A stretch of DNA of 64,000 nt, taken from an uncultured Leptospirales bacterium. Lineage in GTDB: Bacteria > Spirochaetota > UBA4802 > UBA5550. Under the pieces are notes generated by a model. The model worked only from the letters and a program-made list of their open reading frames with translations. It ran no database searches and had not been told where the DNA came from. Of this stretch, positions 11,139 through 21,154 are shown piece after piece. Made by a program: the position numbers and the translations under genes. Location: contig CAZHAD010000001.1 in assembly GCA_964529965.1 (NCBI GenBank), forward strand, positions 22,545 through 86,544. The letters run 5' to 3'. Position 1 is the first letter of the stretch. Each line of letters starts with the position of its first letter.

Positions 11139-11591
11139 ATGAAGGGAAAAGGGGAATTTCCGCATTTAAACGTAAGAAGCCCTGACGGCCTCAAACCGGG
11201 AGGAAGGCCGTACAAGGTCATGGTCGTTGAAAGCAAGGAATTCATACGAAAACTGATAGTTCAAATCCTCGAATCAGAGAGATACGAGGTCGTTGCAACC
11301 GCTTCCAACGGCCAGGAGGCGATAACCAAGCTCGACAAGCTGGACACGAAAGTTGACGTTATCACCACCACCCTCGACATGCCGGTTCTGGACGGATATG
11401 CCTTGATGTATGAGTTGAGCACAAGGCCCAACAAGCCGCTCGTCGTGTTCATCAGCGATGAGACGACCAAGGGTGTCATGGAGGATCTGATAAAAATGGG
11501 AATGAGCGATTTTATTCTCAAACCCGTTGACCGGCGTACGGTCCTTTTCAGGATCAAGAACGTGATTCAAAAATACAAGGATTCCAATTAA
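11139..11591 (+). CDS. Single-domain CheY-like response regulator receiver with an atypical acidic pocket
   Basis: Receiver fold with phospho-acceptor D in TLDMPVLDG, S/T in FISDET and K in ILKP. The usual DD pair after beta1 is replaced by ES (VMVVESKEF). RBS gggggtga. Confidence 0.75.
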   Translation: MKGKGEFPHLNVRSPDGLKPGGRPYKVMVVESKEFIRKLIVQILESERYEVVATASNGQEAITKLDKLDTKVDVITTTLDMPVLDGYALMYELSTRPNKPLVVFISDETTKGVMEDLIKMGMSDFILKPVDRRTVLFRIKNVIQKYKDSN

Positions 11592-11689
11592 AAGGGGCAC
11601 ATGCTGCTGCTGATCGATTGTGCTTCGCCTCCTCCTGAACCATCACATGAGCGTATTGATCTCTCACAATCAAGAATTGCGGTGAAGCA

Positions 11690-12757
11690 ATGTCGGAAAT
11701 AATGCCACCTGAGGATGTATCATCATCCGAAAGCTCGAGGGAGTACAAGATCGCCTGCTACTACACCAACGGCGACGAAACAAGGGCCCGTCAGATGATG
11801 GCCGGCGATCTTAAGGATATATGCGTAATTAAAGCAAAATTTTATTCCACGACCTCGACGGGAGCTTTTATCGCCTTTTTCAATCACCTGTATTTCTCTC
11901 TTAACAGCATGTATCCGGTTATCGCCGGGTCACAGAGTCTCCACACTCTGGATCCCGATGCGGACTGGGTTGCTTTTGAGGAGCACCTTCGCGACTCCGT
12001 AGGCAGGAATGAGCATGATGACGTATTATGCAATCATTTCAAAAATGTCTTCATTTCTGCATTTTCGCTCCAGTTTGCCGGGGAAATTCAAAAGCTCATA
12101 CAGGCCGGCGACAAAGAGGGGTTAAGCAAGTTTTTCATGCTGTTCGTGCATGACCGTTTGGGATTTCAGAGGGTCAAGATGAACGTGAGTTTCGAGTTCA
12201 TATCATCGCTGGATATGGAGTTGAATTCGTTTACCAGCCGCAAGATAATCGAGTTTAAGGAACGAAAGGATGACAAGGCGGAAGGCGAACCCCACATAGA
12301 GTTAGACGGGGGCGACGACGAGGTGCTGAAGGAGAAAGAGGTCAAGCTGGTGTTGGCAGGAAGCCTTATCCTCGCCCCGATAAAGGGGAGGGACATCGGG
12401 TTGTTGATCATGGGGGACAGGATAAAGGTGAAAATCGTCGACCGCAACCCCAAGGCCGTGCATGTCGCCAAGGCGTTCAACGCGTATGATGAAGACGGCT
12501 TTCATCCCATTACCGGCCGTATCGTGTCGATACGGCATCGCGCCGACGGCGGGTACAAGATATTCGTCCTTATCGCCAAAGGGATATTCGTGATGATCGG
12601 TGAGACCGAGGAGAACATAAAGGTGGCGGTTGACATGTCGTTTATGGAAGGCCGGCAACAGGTCGGCGAAATTCCGAAAATAAGCATCGCCGTGATCGCG
12701 GCGCTCTCAATAGTCCTGCTTTCTCTGGTCGCCCTGATGATATTATTTCTCATGTAG
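11690..12757 (+). CDS. Hypothetical protein with a C-terminal transmembrane anchor
   Basis: 355-aa ORF directly downstream of the receiver gene. Hydrophobic C-terminus ISIAVIAALSIVLLSLVALMILFLM. Confidence 0.45.
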   Translation: MSEIMPPEDVSSSESSREYKIACYYTNGDETRARQMMAGDLKDICVIKAKFYSTTSTGAFIAFFNHLYFSLNSMYPVIAGSQSLHTLDPDADWVAFEEHLRDSVGRNEHDDVLCNHFKNVFISAFSLQFAGEIQKLIQAGDKEGLSKFFMLFVHDRLGFQRVKMNVSFEFISSLDMELNSFTSRKIIEFKERKDDKAEGEPHIELDGGDDEVLKEKEVKLVLAGSLILAPIKGRDIGLLIMGDRIKVKIVDRNPKAVHVAKAFNAYDEDGFHPITGRIVSIRHRADGGYKIFVLIAKGIFVMIGETEENIKVAVDMSFMEGRQQVGEIPKISIAVIAALSIVLLSLVALMILFLM

Positions 12758-12790
12758 GTGGGACGGCGGCCTGGTAAGGAGCCCGGCGCT

Positions 12791-13555
12791 TTAAAAAGGA
12801 TAACGGACCGGTATCCCGCGTGATTTTAGCTGCTGCTTGACCTCGGCGATCGATATCTCGCGGAAGTGGAAAATAGAGGCCGCAAGAACCGCATCGGCCC
12901 TGCCCTCTGTAAGGGCCTGAAACAGATGCTCGACGGTGCCGGCGCCTCCGGATGCAATAACGGGAATGGTCACCGCTTCCGAGACCATGCGGGTCAATTC
13001 AAGGTCATAGCCGATTTTTGTTCCATCGCGGTCCATGCTCGTGAGGAGTATTTCGCCGGCTCCCGACTCCTGCACCCTCGCCGCCCAATCGACGGCATCG
13101 AGCCCGGTGGGGGTACGCCCGCCGTGGAGGTACACGGTAAAGCCTCCTTGTTCATTCCGCTTCGCGTCGATGGCGGCCACGATGCATTGAGAGCCGAATC
13201 GCCGCGCCGACTCGGTGATCAGCTCCGGCGTCTGCACCGCCGCGGTGTTTATGGAGACCTTGTCCGCGCCGTTTTCGAGAATAAGTCGAACATCGTCAAT
13301 GGTTCTGATGCCGCCTCCAACGCAAAAAGGAATATGCACGGTCTCCGCCACCCCTTTCACCATTTTCAGGATTATATCGCGCCTGTCCGATGACGCGGTG
13401 ATATCCAGAAACACGAGCTCGTCGGCCCCCTCCCGGTCGTAGAACCTTCCGTTCTCGACCGGATCTCCGGCGTCCCTGAGATTCACGAAATTCACCCCCT
13501 TGACGACCCTTCCCTTATCCACGTCAAGGCACGGTATAATCCTTTTTGCAAGCAT
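12791..13555 (-). CDS. hisF: Imidazole glycerol phosphate synthase cyclase subunit HisF. The start was moved to the internal ATG; the 161-codon upstream extension in the ORF track is non-coding.
   Basis: [20 protein letters not shown]... and [18 protein letters not shown] match HisF over 254 aa. The extension is low-complexity and overlaps the divergent polyprenyl synthase gene. Confidence 0.88.
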   Translation of the reverse strand: MLAKRIIPCLDVDKGRVVKGVNFVNLRDAGDPVENGRFYDREGADELVFLDITASSDRRDIILKMVKGVAETVHIPFCVGGGIRTIDDVRLILENGADKVSINTAAVQTPELITESARRFGSQCIVAAIDAKRNEQGGFTVYLHGGRTPTGLDAVDWAARVQESGAGEILLTSMDRDGTKIGYDLELTRMVSEAVTIPVIASGGAGTVEHLFQALTEGRADAVLAASIFHFREISIAEVKQQLKSRGIPVRYPF

Positions 13556-13751
13556 GGGTTGATTCCGATTAGCAGTTCTGGTGCCAGAATAATCATGTCG
13601 GGTATTTAGCAAATACTTTTTTGAGTATGTGGTAACTACATAGCAATTTATCAATTTTTTTGATAATTTTTTTAAATTGACTTTTGGGATCGATATGAGC
13701 ATGGACGGAGATGTCGAGATGGATGGAAGATATTTGAGAGAAAGGTGATTC

Positions 13752-14828
13752 ATGAGCAGACCAGCGCACCTTGATCGATTCAACGTGTTCCGCAACGAGT
13801 ATACACCCCTCGTCAACGCGTCCATGGATGATTTTTTTTCCCGGAGGATCGATGAGGCGACGCTTCCCGTGATTCGTGAGATGTACACACTGTTGAAAGA
13901 GTATTGCCGCCGGGAGGGTAAGCGGGTGAGGCCCCTGATTCTCCTGATGTCATATTTCGGATACGGCGGCGCCCGCAGCGACGACGTTATCCGCATGTCT
14001 TCCGTGCTTGAGATGATGCACTCATTTCTGCTCATTCAGGACGATATTATCGACCGGTCGGTTCTTCGCAGGGGAGGAAAATCGCTTCATTTGGTTTGCG
14101 GAGAGAAATACGACGGCCTCACGCATAATAAAAATATAGGGATGGATATCTCGCTTATCCTGGCGGATATTCTTGTCATGGATTCGCTCGCCGTCGTGGC
14201 CGAAGCCGGCGTCGATGACGTGATAAAAAACAGGTTCATGAGGATCTTCGCCGACGCATATGGGAAGACCGCGTGGGGGCAGATACTGGACACCCTCCAC
14301 TCGCATCCCAGGAGCATTGAGAGGCCCGAAGAGACCGTCAGGCGGATTGCACTCATGAAAACCGCGTATTACACCGTGGTCAGCCCCATGCTCATGGGAT
14401 ATGTGCTGACGGGCGGGGACTCGCCGGATGAAAAACGGCTCATCGAACAATTCTCCGTGCCATTGGGTCTCGCATTCCAGAACAGGGACGACTATCTCGG
14501 CATGTTCGGGGAGGAGGACGACACGGGCAAACCCTCTGACTCCGATATCCTCGAGGGGAAGGCCACATTTCTGATCAGCGGCGCGCTCCGGATTCTGGAG
14601 GGAGGGGAGCGACGGCGTTTCATGCGAACGGCGACAAAGAAAAAAAAGGGGGGGAGGGACATCGAACGCATCAGGAAAATGATCAGGACGAGCGGCTCCA
14701 TCGGCCTTGTTGCTGACCTGCACCGCGGGCTGGTGGACGAATCGTCTGCCGTTCTTCCCGAGCTTGGCCTCGCCGACGAATTTAAGGCGATTGCACGGGG
14801 CCTGATCGAGCTCGTCTCAACCCTTTAG
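13752..14828 (+). CDS. Polyprenyl synthetase (short-chain FPP/GGPP synthase type)
   Basis: First DDxxD ([10 protein letters not shown]) and second DDxxD (FQNRDDYLG) aspartate-rich motifs. Confidence 0.8.
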   Translation: MSRPAHLDRFNVFRNEYTPLVNASMDDFFSRRIDEATLPVIREMYTLLKEYCRREGKRVRPLILLMSYFGYGGARSDDVIRMSSVLEMMHSFLLIQDDIIDRSVLRRGGKSLHLVCGEKYDGLTHNKNIGMDISLILADILVMDSLAVVAEAGVDDVIKNRFMRIFADAYGKTAWGQILDTLHSHPRSIERPEETVRRIALMKTAYYTVVSPMLMGYVLTGGDSPDEKRLIEQFSVPLGLAFQNRDDYLGMFGEEDDTGKPSDSDILEGKATFLISGALRILEGGERRRFMRTATKKKKGGRDIERIRKMIRTSGSIGLVADLHRGLVDESSAVLPELGLADEFKAIARGLIELVSTL

Positions 14829-14850
14829 GGGAAAAAAGGAGGCACACGGA

Positions 14851-15717
14851 GTGATCGAGAGCCTTTTTACAATGCCTGGCTTAAGCGAAGCGGCGATACG
14901 CCTGGCGGTGTTTCTGGGGATTTTTTGTATCGTGGCGGTATGGGAGCTGTCCGCATCCAGGAGGAGGCTGGAACACAAGAAGTCATCCCGCTGGATTGCG
15001 AATCTGTCAATAGTGGCCATCGGCGCATTGCTGGTGCGCGCGGCCGGGCCTTTGATGCCGGTGGCGGTGGCGGCCGTCGCCAGGGACAGGCACTGGGGGC
15101 TCATCAACTATTTTGAGCTGCCCGCCTGGATCGGCATCATCGCCGCGCTGATCGTTCTTGATTGCGCCATCTACCTTCAGCATGTCATGTTTCATACTCT
15201 TCCGCTCCTCTGGCGCATACATCTGGTCCACCATGCAGACCTTGACATAGACACGACTACCGGATTGAGATTCCATCCCATAGAAATAATTATCTCCATG
15301 TTCATCAAGGTTTTCGTCGTCCTGCTTCTGGGCGCCGATCCGATTGCCGTTATCATTTTTGAGTCGGTATTGAACGGAACATCCCTGTTCAACCACGGCA
15401 ATGTCAGAATCCCGCGCGGGTTTGACCGTGTGCTCAGGCTTCTCGTGGTCACCCCGGACATGCACCGCGTCCATCATTCGGTGGTCATCAGGGAAACGAA
15501 CAGCAATTTCGGCTTCAACTTTCCGTGGTGGGACCGCCTGTTCGGCACCTATCGGGACCAGCCTCAAGCAGGGCACGAGGGCATGACCATCGGCCTTTCA
15601 CAGTACAGAAGATTCATGCCGCATTATTTGCGCTGGGCGTTGATCCTTCCCTTTATTGCGGATGCCGGGGCCTATGCAATAAACAGGAGGGGGAGGGAAC
15701 CCGGAGGGTCGCGCTGA
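14851..15717 (+). CDS. Fatty acid hydroxylase / sterol desaturase family membrane protein
   Basis: Multiple TM helices. Histidine boxes HVMFH, LVHHADLD and HRVHHS. GTG start with AAGGAGG RBS. Confidence 0.7.
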   Translation: MIESLFTMPGLSEAAIRLAVFLGIFCIVAVWELSASRRRLEHKKSSRWIANLSIVAIGALLVRAAGPLMPVAVAAVARDRHWGLINYFELPAWIGIIAALIVLDCAIYLQHVMFHTLPLLWRIHLVHHADLDIDTTTGLRFHPIEIIISMFIKVFVVLLLGADPIAVIIFESVLNGTSLFNHGNVRIPRGFDRVLRLLVVTPDMHRVHHSVVIRETNSNFGFNFPWWDRLFGTYRDQPQAGHEGMTIGLSQYRRFMPHYLRWALILPFIADAGAYAINRRGREPGGSR

Positions 15718-15733
15718 AATAATTTTTATAGAA

Positions 15734-16642
15734 TTATTTAAAGTTCGGGTTCTTTGGCGTCAGCCATTTGATCATATCGTCGATATCCTTCTCCTTCGGG
15801 AAGGTCTCGATCATCTCTTTTTCCTCGTCCACGCTGCCGTACACCGCCTCATTTGCAAGCTTGCCGATGAGGGTTTCGATGTCCTTGTCCGTATTCTTGT
15901 AAATTAAAATAAGGTTCGGCCCGGACTTGTATCCCCAATTGAACCCGTCGCTGCCGTCCGCGGTAAAGGTTTCAGTGACCCCGTCTCCGTCGTGGTCTTC
16001 GCAGGTATATACCGTCCCGTCGTAGGCCTTGGCCTTTGCAAGGATTGAAAATTTATCTTTGTATCCCATCACATTCGTGAGATAAAGAGGACGGGGGAGG
16101 CGTTTCACGTCGACATACATGCTCGATTCTTCACGGTTTTTCATAAGCTGGCGGAACTTCTGCACGTGCTCCTTGATGAATTTGTCCCTTATTGATTTGT
16201 AGAAAGCGCCGAAATTCGTGGAGACGAACTCTTCGTTTGAGTTTTTCATGAGCACGACGCGGCGGTCGGTAGTTTCGATGAAATCCGGCTTGCCGTTGAT
16301 CCTGTTTGGCCAGATGAGGTCGTTTTCGTTTTCGCCGTATATCCTCTGTATCGCGATCTTAATTTTCCTGATATTGGCCAGGTAAGGGCTGTCGTATCCA
16401 TCAACGATGAGATACATCTTGCGGTTTTTAATTATGAGGAGGGATTCGAACGAGTTGTCACGTGCAAGATCGGTGGATTTTTCAACACTCTGAAATACGA
16501 CCCGATCATTGTCATATGTTGAAATTTTTTCAAGATCGATCGGCAAAAAGTCGAATACTCCCGAGATCAGACCGGTGGAGAACGAGATGACGAAAGTGAA
16601 CAGCAATATAATGATGGGGATCCATCGTCTCTTTTGTTTCAT
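15734..16642 (-). CDS. Hypothetical membrane-anchored protein
   Basis: N-terminal TM (WIPIIILLFTFVISF), then a 270-aa soluble domain with no recognisable motif. Confidence 0.45.
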   Translation of the reverse strand: MKQKRRWIPIIILLFTFVISFSTGLISGVFDFLPIDLEKISTYDNDRVVFQSVEKSTDLARDNSFESLLIIKNRKMYLIVDGYDSPYLANIRKIKIAIQRIYGENENDLIWPNRINGKPDFIETTDRRVVLMKNSNEEFVSTNFGAFYKSIRDKFIKEHVQKFRQLMKNREESSMYVDVKRLPRPLYLTNVMGYKDKFSILAKAKAYDGTVYTCEDHDGDGVTETFTADGSDGFNWGYKSGPNLILIYKNTDKDIETLIGKLANEAVYGSVDEEKEMIETFPKEKDIDDMIKWLTPKNPNFK

Positions 16643-16999
16643 AGCACTACCATTAGTATAAAAATCACGTTTTGACGCGTCGCATTTGGTTACAATATCG
16701 GAAGTTAAGAAGATTTTCTTAATATATTATTCCCACGCACGTTTTGAAACCGTAAAAATAGTCGAACCCGGTATAAAATTCAGTCATAATTTAAGTGAAA
16801 AATCTTGACAAACCTCAGATGAGCATTTTTAATTTTGGGCAAAACAAACAATAGGCACGATAAAGCCGTGCACAAGCTAATGGTATTTACCCCGTACCCT
16901 GTGCCGTTTCAACTACCAGGGAGGTAAATATTTGGATTAATCTCAATTTAACGCAGGTTTTACAATCGTTTCCAACATCAGGATAAAGGAGAAGCGATT

Positions 17000-19078
17000 A
17001 TGAAGGAAATGTTATCGCAGCGTGCGAAAACCTCGGAGCTCTGCTCCGGGGATGAGCGCGCAAAACATAATGTGAAAAAATACCCCGTCCCGACTTGTCT
17101 GGACTGCGTAGGTATTTTATTGATTGTACTCGCCATTGCGGTCTTCGCCCTTTCCTCGTGCCGCACCGCAGGCACACAGGCCGATTCCGTGAAAAGGGCC
17201 AGGCATGCTGAAGCAGCACGCGCTCAAGAGCGTGAAGTTGAAAAGATGAACCCCGCGGGCAGGGCCACCCTTGTCTGGGACAACTTCAGGTATGAGGGAG
17301 AAACCAAAAACGGCAAACCGCATGGCAGGGGGGTCCTGTATGTCCTTGATAATGCGGACAAGGTGACAAAAAAAATTGATGCGGAGTTTGATAACGGGGC
17401 ACCGGTGGGAGAGGCGGTGGTGTCGGAATATGATACCGGCGGCAGACTTTTAAGCAGGTTCACCGGCGTCCTCAAGGATGGGAAATACCTTCAAGGCAGC
17501 CTCGAAACCTATCTCGGTGACGGGACCCTTTCAAGCGCTTATTCTGGCTCATTCGAAAATAATCGCCCGGATGAGGAGGGCTCCTTGAAATTGTACGGCC
17601 CTAACGGAAAGCTCAGGAGCGCATATTCTGGAAATTTTTCCGACGGCAGGCCGGAAGGGAAGGGGACGCTCACCACGTACGACGAAAACGGTAAAATCGA
17701 ATCAAAAATCGCAGGGGTTTTTTATGAGGGAAGGCCCACCGGCATGGCTGATGTGTATTCCTACAATCAACAGGGGAAGATCGCGCGCAGGACTACGGGG
17801 AAATATCTGAACGGTTTCATAAACGGGAATGCCATTATCACTACATATGATGGGCAGGGGAGGGAGTCGTCAAGGTTTTCCGGGAGCGTGGAAAACTCCG
17901 TTCCACAGGGGGAAGGAATCCTCATCACCTATGATCATGAGGGAAACTCCGAAAGCAAATACACCGGCGAGTTCAGAAACGGGAAGCAGAATGGCGCAGG
18001 GAAACTCGAGGCTTATTCACGAACCGGCGGCATTATTCGGGAATATAAGGGGCAGTTCAGGGAAGGCCTGTTCGACGGCGACGGCACACTCGTCATTTAT
18101 GACGATACGGGCGCTTTGACTGTTAAATACGAAGGGAAGTTCAAAGAGGGGCTTAAAAACGGCGACGGCACGCTGTACACTTATAATAAAAACGGCGTGC
18201 TTATGATAAAATATATAGGTGAATTCATCAACGACCTGCGGGACGGCCAGGGCTCCGAGTTTGCATACAGCGAACGCGGTGAATTGATGAGAAAATACCT
18301 GGGAATGTATCTGAAGGGAAAGGAAACCGGAGTGGGGTCGATATTCAACTACGATGCGAGAGGAAGGCTGATCTCCCAGTATCTCGGCCAGGTGATCGGC
18401 GGCGTACCCAACGGTGAAGGCACCTTGATGTCTTATGACAAGAAAGGAAGGGCCAGATCGAAATATATGGGCCAATTCTTTGAGGGCAAGAAACAGGGAG
18501 AAGGATCCATGTTCGTGTATGGTGCAGACGGCAACACCACCGCCAAATATTACGCGTACTGGAGCGGAGGGATCATGCAGAAGGAGAAAAAGTTTGCTCT
18601 GGGGGAAGGGGATTACTATACCGGCGATTGGAAGAACGGCCGGAAACACGGGTTTGGAACCTATGTATGGGGAAAAAGATCCGAATGGTTCGGTGCCAAG
18701 TACATCGGCGGGTTTGAGAACGACAGGCAAAGCGGTCAGGGATCACTTACTCTGCCCTCCGGTGACAGATACATGGGTGAGTTCAAGTACGGGTTGATCG
18801 ACGGCCGGGGGGTCTGGTTTTTTATGGACGGATCGCGGTACATGGGACGCTTCAAACAGGGGGAGCGCGAGGGGAGGGGCGTGAAGATATGGCCTGACGG
18901 GATGAAATACGTAACCGAACTTGACAGCTACTACCATAGCCAGAAGAATGCGTACTGGCCGAGGGAGAACAAGTACATCATGAAGGTATGCCCGATTAAA
19001 TCCAAGTCCGGCAGGGACACGTATGTGTGGAAGGAAGACAAGGAATATGAAGTGCCGTCCTCAGGAGCAGGGAAGTAG
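17000..19078 (+). CDS. MORN-repeat protein with an N-terminal membrane anchor
   Basis: About 20 tandem 23-aa repeats of the form Y.G.F..G...G.G.L..YD..G. The C-terminal repeats are classic MORN (YTGDWKNGRKHGFGTYVW, YMGEFKYGLIDGRGVWFF). Confidence 0.75.
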   Translation: MKEMLSQRAKTSELCSGDERAKHNVKKYPVPTCLDCVGILLIVLAIAVFALSSCRTAGTQADSVKRARHAEAARAQEREVEKMNPAGRATLVWDNFRYEGETKNGKPHGRGVLYVLDNADKVTKKIDAEFDNGAPVGEAVVSEYDTGGRLLSRFTGVLKDGKYLQGSLETYLGDGTLSSAYSGSFENNRPDEEGSLKLYGPNGKLRSAYSGNFSDGRPEGKGTLTTYDENGKIESKIAGVFYEGRPTGMADVYSYNQQGKIARRTTGKYLNGFINGNAIITTYDGQGRESSRFSGSVENSVPQGEGILITYDHEGNSESKYTGEFRNGKQNGAGKLEAYSRTGGIIREYKGQFREGLFDGDGTLVIYDDTGALTVKYEGKFKEGLKNGDGTLYTYNKNGVLMIKYIGEFINDLRDGQGSEFAYSERGELMRKYLGMYLKGKETGVGSIFNYDARGRLISQYLGQVIGGVPNGEGTLMSYDKKGRARSKYMGQFFEGKKQGEGSMFVYGADGNTTAKYYAYWSGGIMQKEKKFALGEGDYYTGDWKNGRKHGFGTYVWGKRSEWFGAKYIGGFENDRQSGQGSLTLPSGDRYMGEFKYGLIDGRGVWFFMDGSRYMGRFKQGEREGRGVKIWPDGMKYVTELDSYYHSQKNAYWPRENKYIMKVCPIKSKSGRDTYVWKEDKEYEVPSSGAGK

Positions 19079-19081
19079 CGG

Positions 19082-20140
19082 GTGATCATGTCAGCAAAAC
19101 TCAAGGCGGTTGCGACCGGGATACTGTTTTTAATCATCAGCCTGTTTCTCTATTTCACGGTAAGATTCAAGTACATTGAGCGGGATTATATCCGCGGCCT
19201 GATATCAACGACGAACAATATAGTCCGGGCCTACGGAACATTTGCAAAGCGTACCGCCGTTGGGAAAAGGAAGCAGGCGACCCGTTTCCTGCCCGAATAT
19301 ATGCGATATATCCAGAAGCGATATAACAATATCGCGCTCCTTGCGATTACGGACAAAAGCCTTTCGGTGAGGCTGTCGAGCAAAAATGACCGGTTCATCC
19401 GTTCCGCCGATCTATACGAGGACATTTTAAGGGATTTCACCCAGAATCGTTTTAACATCAGCAGAAACAAACCTTATATCGTCAGATATTATAAAGAGAA
19501 AACCGGTACCGCCGAAATTAAATTTTACATATTCCTGAGCCAAGTAGGACGATACCGCCTTCTGACGGTATATCCATATCATCTCGGCACGATGATCATT
19601 ATCAGAACTGCACTTGAGCTATCTTTAATCCTGATATTGTCTTTAATTTTTTCCGTCATGGTGTATATGATTTCCGGCAGGAGTGCGGATAAAGGGAATG
19701 GGTCGGCGCCGACCGGTCTTGCGGAAGCGGTACGTAATCATTTTGCAGATATCCGCCGAACGCACGGTGTATCCCGGGTATCCCTGTATATCCGCACAGG
19801 AGAGGCCGGGCTGGTTAAAACCATGGAGCTCAAAGGGAGAAGATTCGCCGTGGTCTCTCCTTTACGTGCCGACATTATCGATACAAACAATGAAGCGGGT
19901 GACGAGCTACAACATGCATCCCTCCTTGTTCTGCACAAGGGCAGAAGGCTTCTTTTCCCTCTTATTTATAATGACGTCTTTCTTGGAGCAGTGATTATAA
20001 GTGCGTGGAAACCCATCAGGGGGAACGAGATTGATGATATCAGATCGGGTACCGGCCGAATTGCGAAGATCGTGTTCGAATCATCAGAAACGTTGATCAG
20101 GTGCACACGGAAAAATTCACATAATTTTGTTGACATATAA
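19082..20140 (+). CDS. Two-TM sensor-like membrane protein, likely co-transcribed with the MORN gene
   Basis: Starts 4 nt after the MORN stop. TM1 (GILFLIISLFLYFTV), a ~150-aa extracytoplasmic segment, TM2 (LSLILILSLIFSVMVYMI), then a ~150-aa cytoplasmic tail with no output-domain motif. Confidence 0.5.
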   Translation: MIMSAKLKAVATGILFLIISLFLYFTVRFKYIERDYIRGLISTTNNIVRAYGTFAKRTAVGKRKQATRFLPEYMRYIQKRYNNIALLAITDKSLSVRLSSKNDRFIRSADLYEDILRDFTQNRFNISRNKPYIVRYYKEKTGTAEIKFYIFLSQVGRYRLLTVYPYHLGTMIIIRTALELSLILILSLIFSVMVYMISGRSADKGNGSAPTGLAEAVRNHFADIRRTHGVSRVSLYIRTGEAGLVKTMELKGRRFAVVSPLRADIIDTNNEAGDELQHASLLVLHKGRRLLFPLIYNDVFLGAVIISAWKPIRGNEIDDIRSGTGRIAKIVFESSETLIRCTRKNSHNFVDI

Positions 20141-20356
20141 GTCGCAGATTAAATTATATGTGGAAGCCAATATAAATATAGATGGACATATCCTTTTGAA
20201 AAAAAGGTGTAACAAACTGCTGTTTCCAAGTCCGCCCGAACGGTGGAAGAGCGGTTGTAATAACCTCATAAATAAATTTTGAAATGATTCGGCAGAATTA
20301 AAGTGCGGACATAATTATTTTGCTTGGTGCCAATTAATCAGGGAATCTTCGTCCAC

Positions 20357-20397
20357 GGGGCGCAGGTTATGTCCCATACGGCGCCCGCATTTTTTTT
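20357..20397 (+). terminator. Intrinsic terminator after the 19082-20140 gene
   Basis: GGGGCGC...GCGCCC stem followed by a run of eight T. Confidence 0.5.
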
Positions 20398-20554
20398 GTG
20401 CTGCGAAAGTACAATAACCTGTTTCGGTTGGTTGTTCTTCCTGTAGGGAGAGTCATGGTGTTATCCGTGGGGTAAGTAGCAGGAATCCTTACCCACCTTG
20501 TAATATACAGAAATATTGCCATTTATTAAGTTAACAAAGAAAAGGAGAAGCTTG

Positions 20555-21115
20555 GTGAAACGGACAATATTGCTTATAGGGATTCCCATGATCATCGCTT
20601 TTTATTTTGCCTTCATTATCTCCCAAAAAGCATGCGATTATGTGATGGCGAATCATCCAAAAGAACCGATACCCTTTAACCACAAAGCCCATTTGACGAA
20701 GTACGGCGCAGGCCCAGGCTGCACGTATTGCCACGGCTATTACGACAACGGAAGATTCAAGGGTCTTCCCACGGTTGGCGAGTGCGTTTCCTGCCATGAC
20801 CGTCAGGGTCCGGAGAAGAGCAGCGATCCCACCGTTCCCTTGCGCAAACCTTTGTTCAACGCGTATAAGGACACCGATAAGCCCTGGGGATCGTACGCGA
20901 AGCAGCCCGCGTTGGTCTATTTCAGCCACATGGTCGTGATGTCCGCGAAATTCGATGACGGCAGGCACAAGGCGATGTGCGCGGGACCGTGCCACGGCGA
21001 CAGGGCCAATTCGACAAACACGAGCTTGATCCAGGGGAGGATGCCGATGAGCCAGTGTGAAGACTGTCACGCCGCGTTGAACATCAGCAACAAGTGCATG
21101 GTGTGCCACAATTGA
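20555..21115 (+). CDS. Membrane-anchored pentaheme cytochrome c (QrcA/ActA-like)
   Basis: GTG start 7 nt after AAGGAG. N-terminal TM. Heme sites CTYCH, CVSCH, CEDCH and CMVCH plus an atypical CAGPCH (CxxxCH). Confidence 0.8.
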   Translation: MKRTILLIGIPMIIAFYFAFIISQKACDYVMANHPKEPIPFNHKAHLTKYGAGPGCTYCHGYYDNGRFKGLPTVGECVSCHDRQGPEKSSDPTVPLRKPLFNAYKDTDKPWGSYAKQPALVYFSHMVVMSAKFDDGRHKAMCAGPCHGDRANSTNTSLIQGRMPMSQCEDCHAALNISNKCMVCHN

Positions 21116-21154
21116 TTATCCGGGTCATATGAAATATCGTTGAGGAGAGATTAC

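Noticed and set aside
13556-14035. 161-codon N-terminal extension of the hisF ORF in the ORF track
   Set aside because: HisF homology begins at the internal [11 protein letters not shown]. The extension is low-complexity and overlaps the divergent polyprenyl synthase start, so the internal ATG at 13555 is used.
20083-20100. GTGTTCGAATCATCAG resembling a tRNA T-loop
   Set aside because: It is inside a protein-coding gene. No acceptor-stem pairing or D/anticodon arm structure could be built around it.
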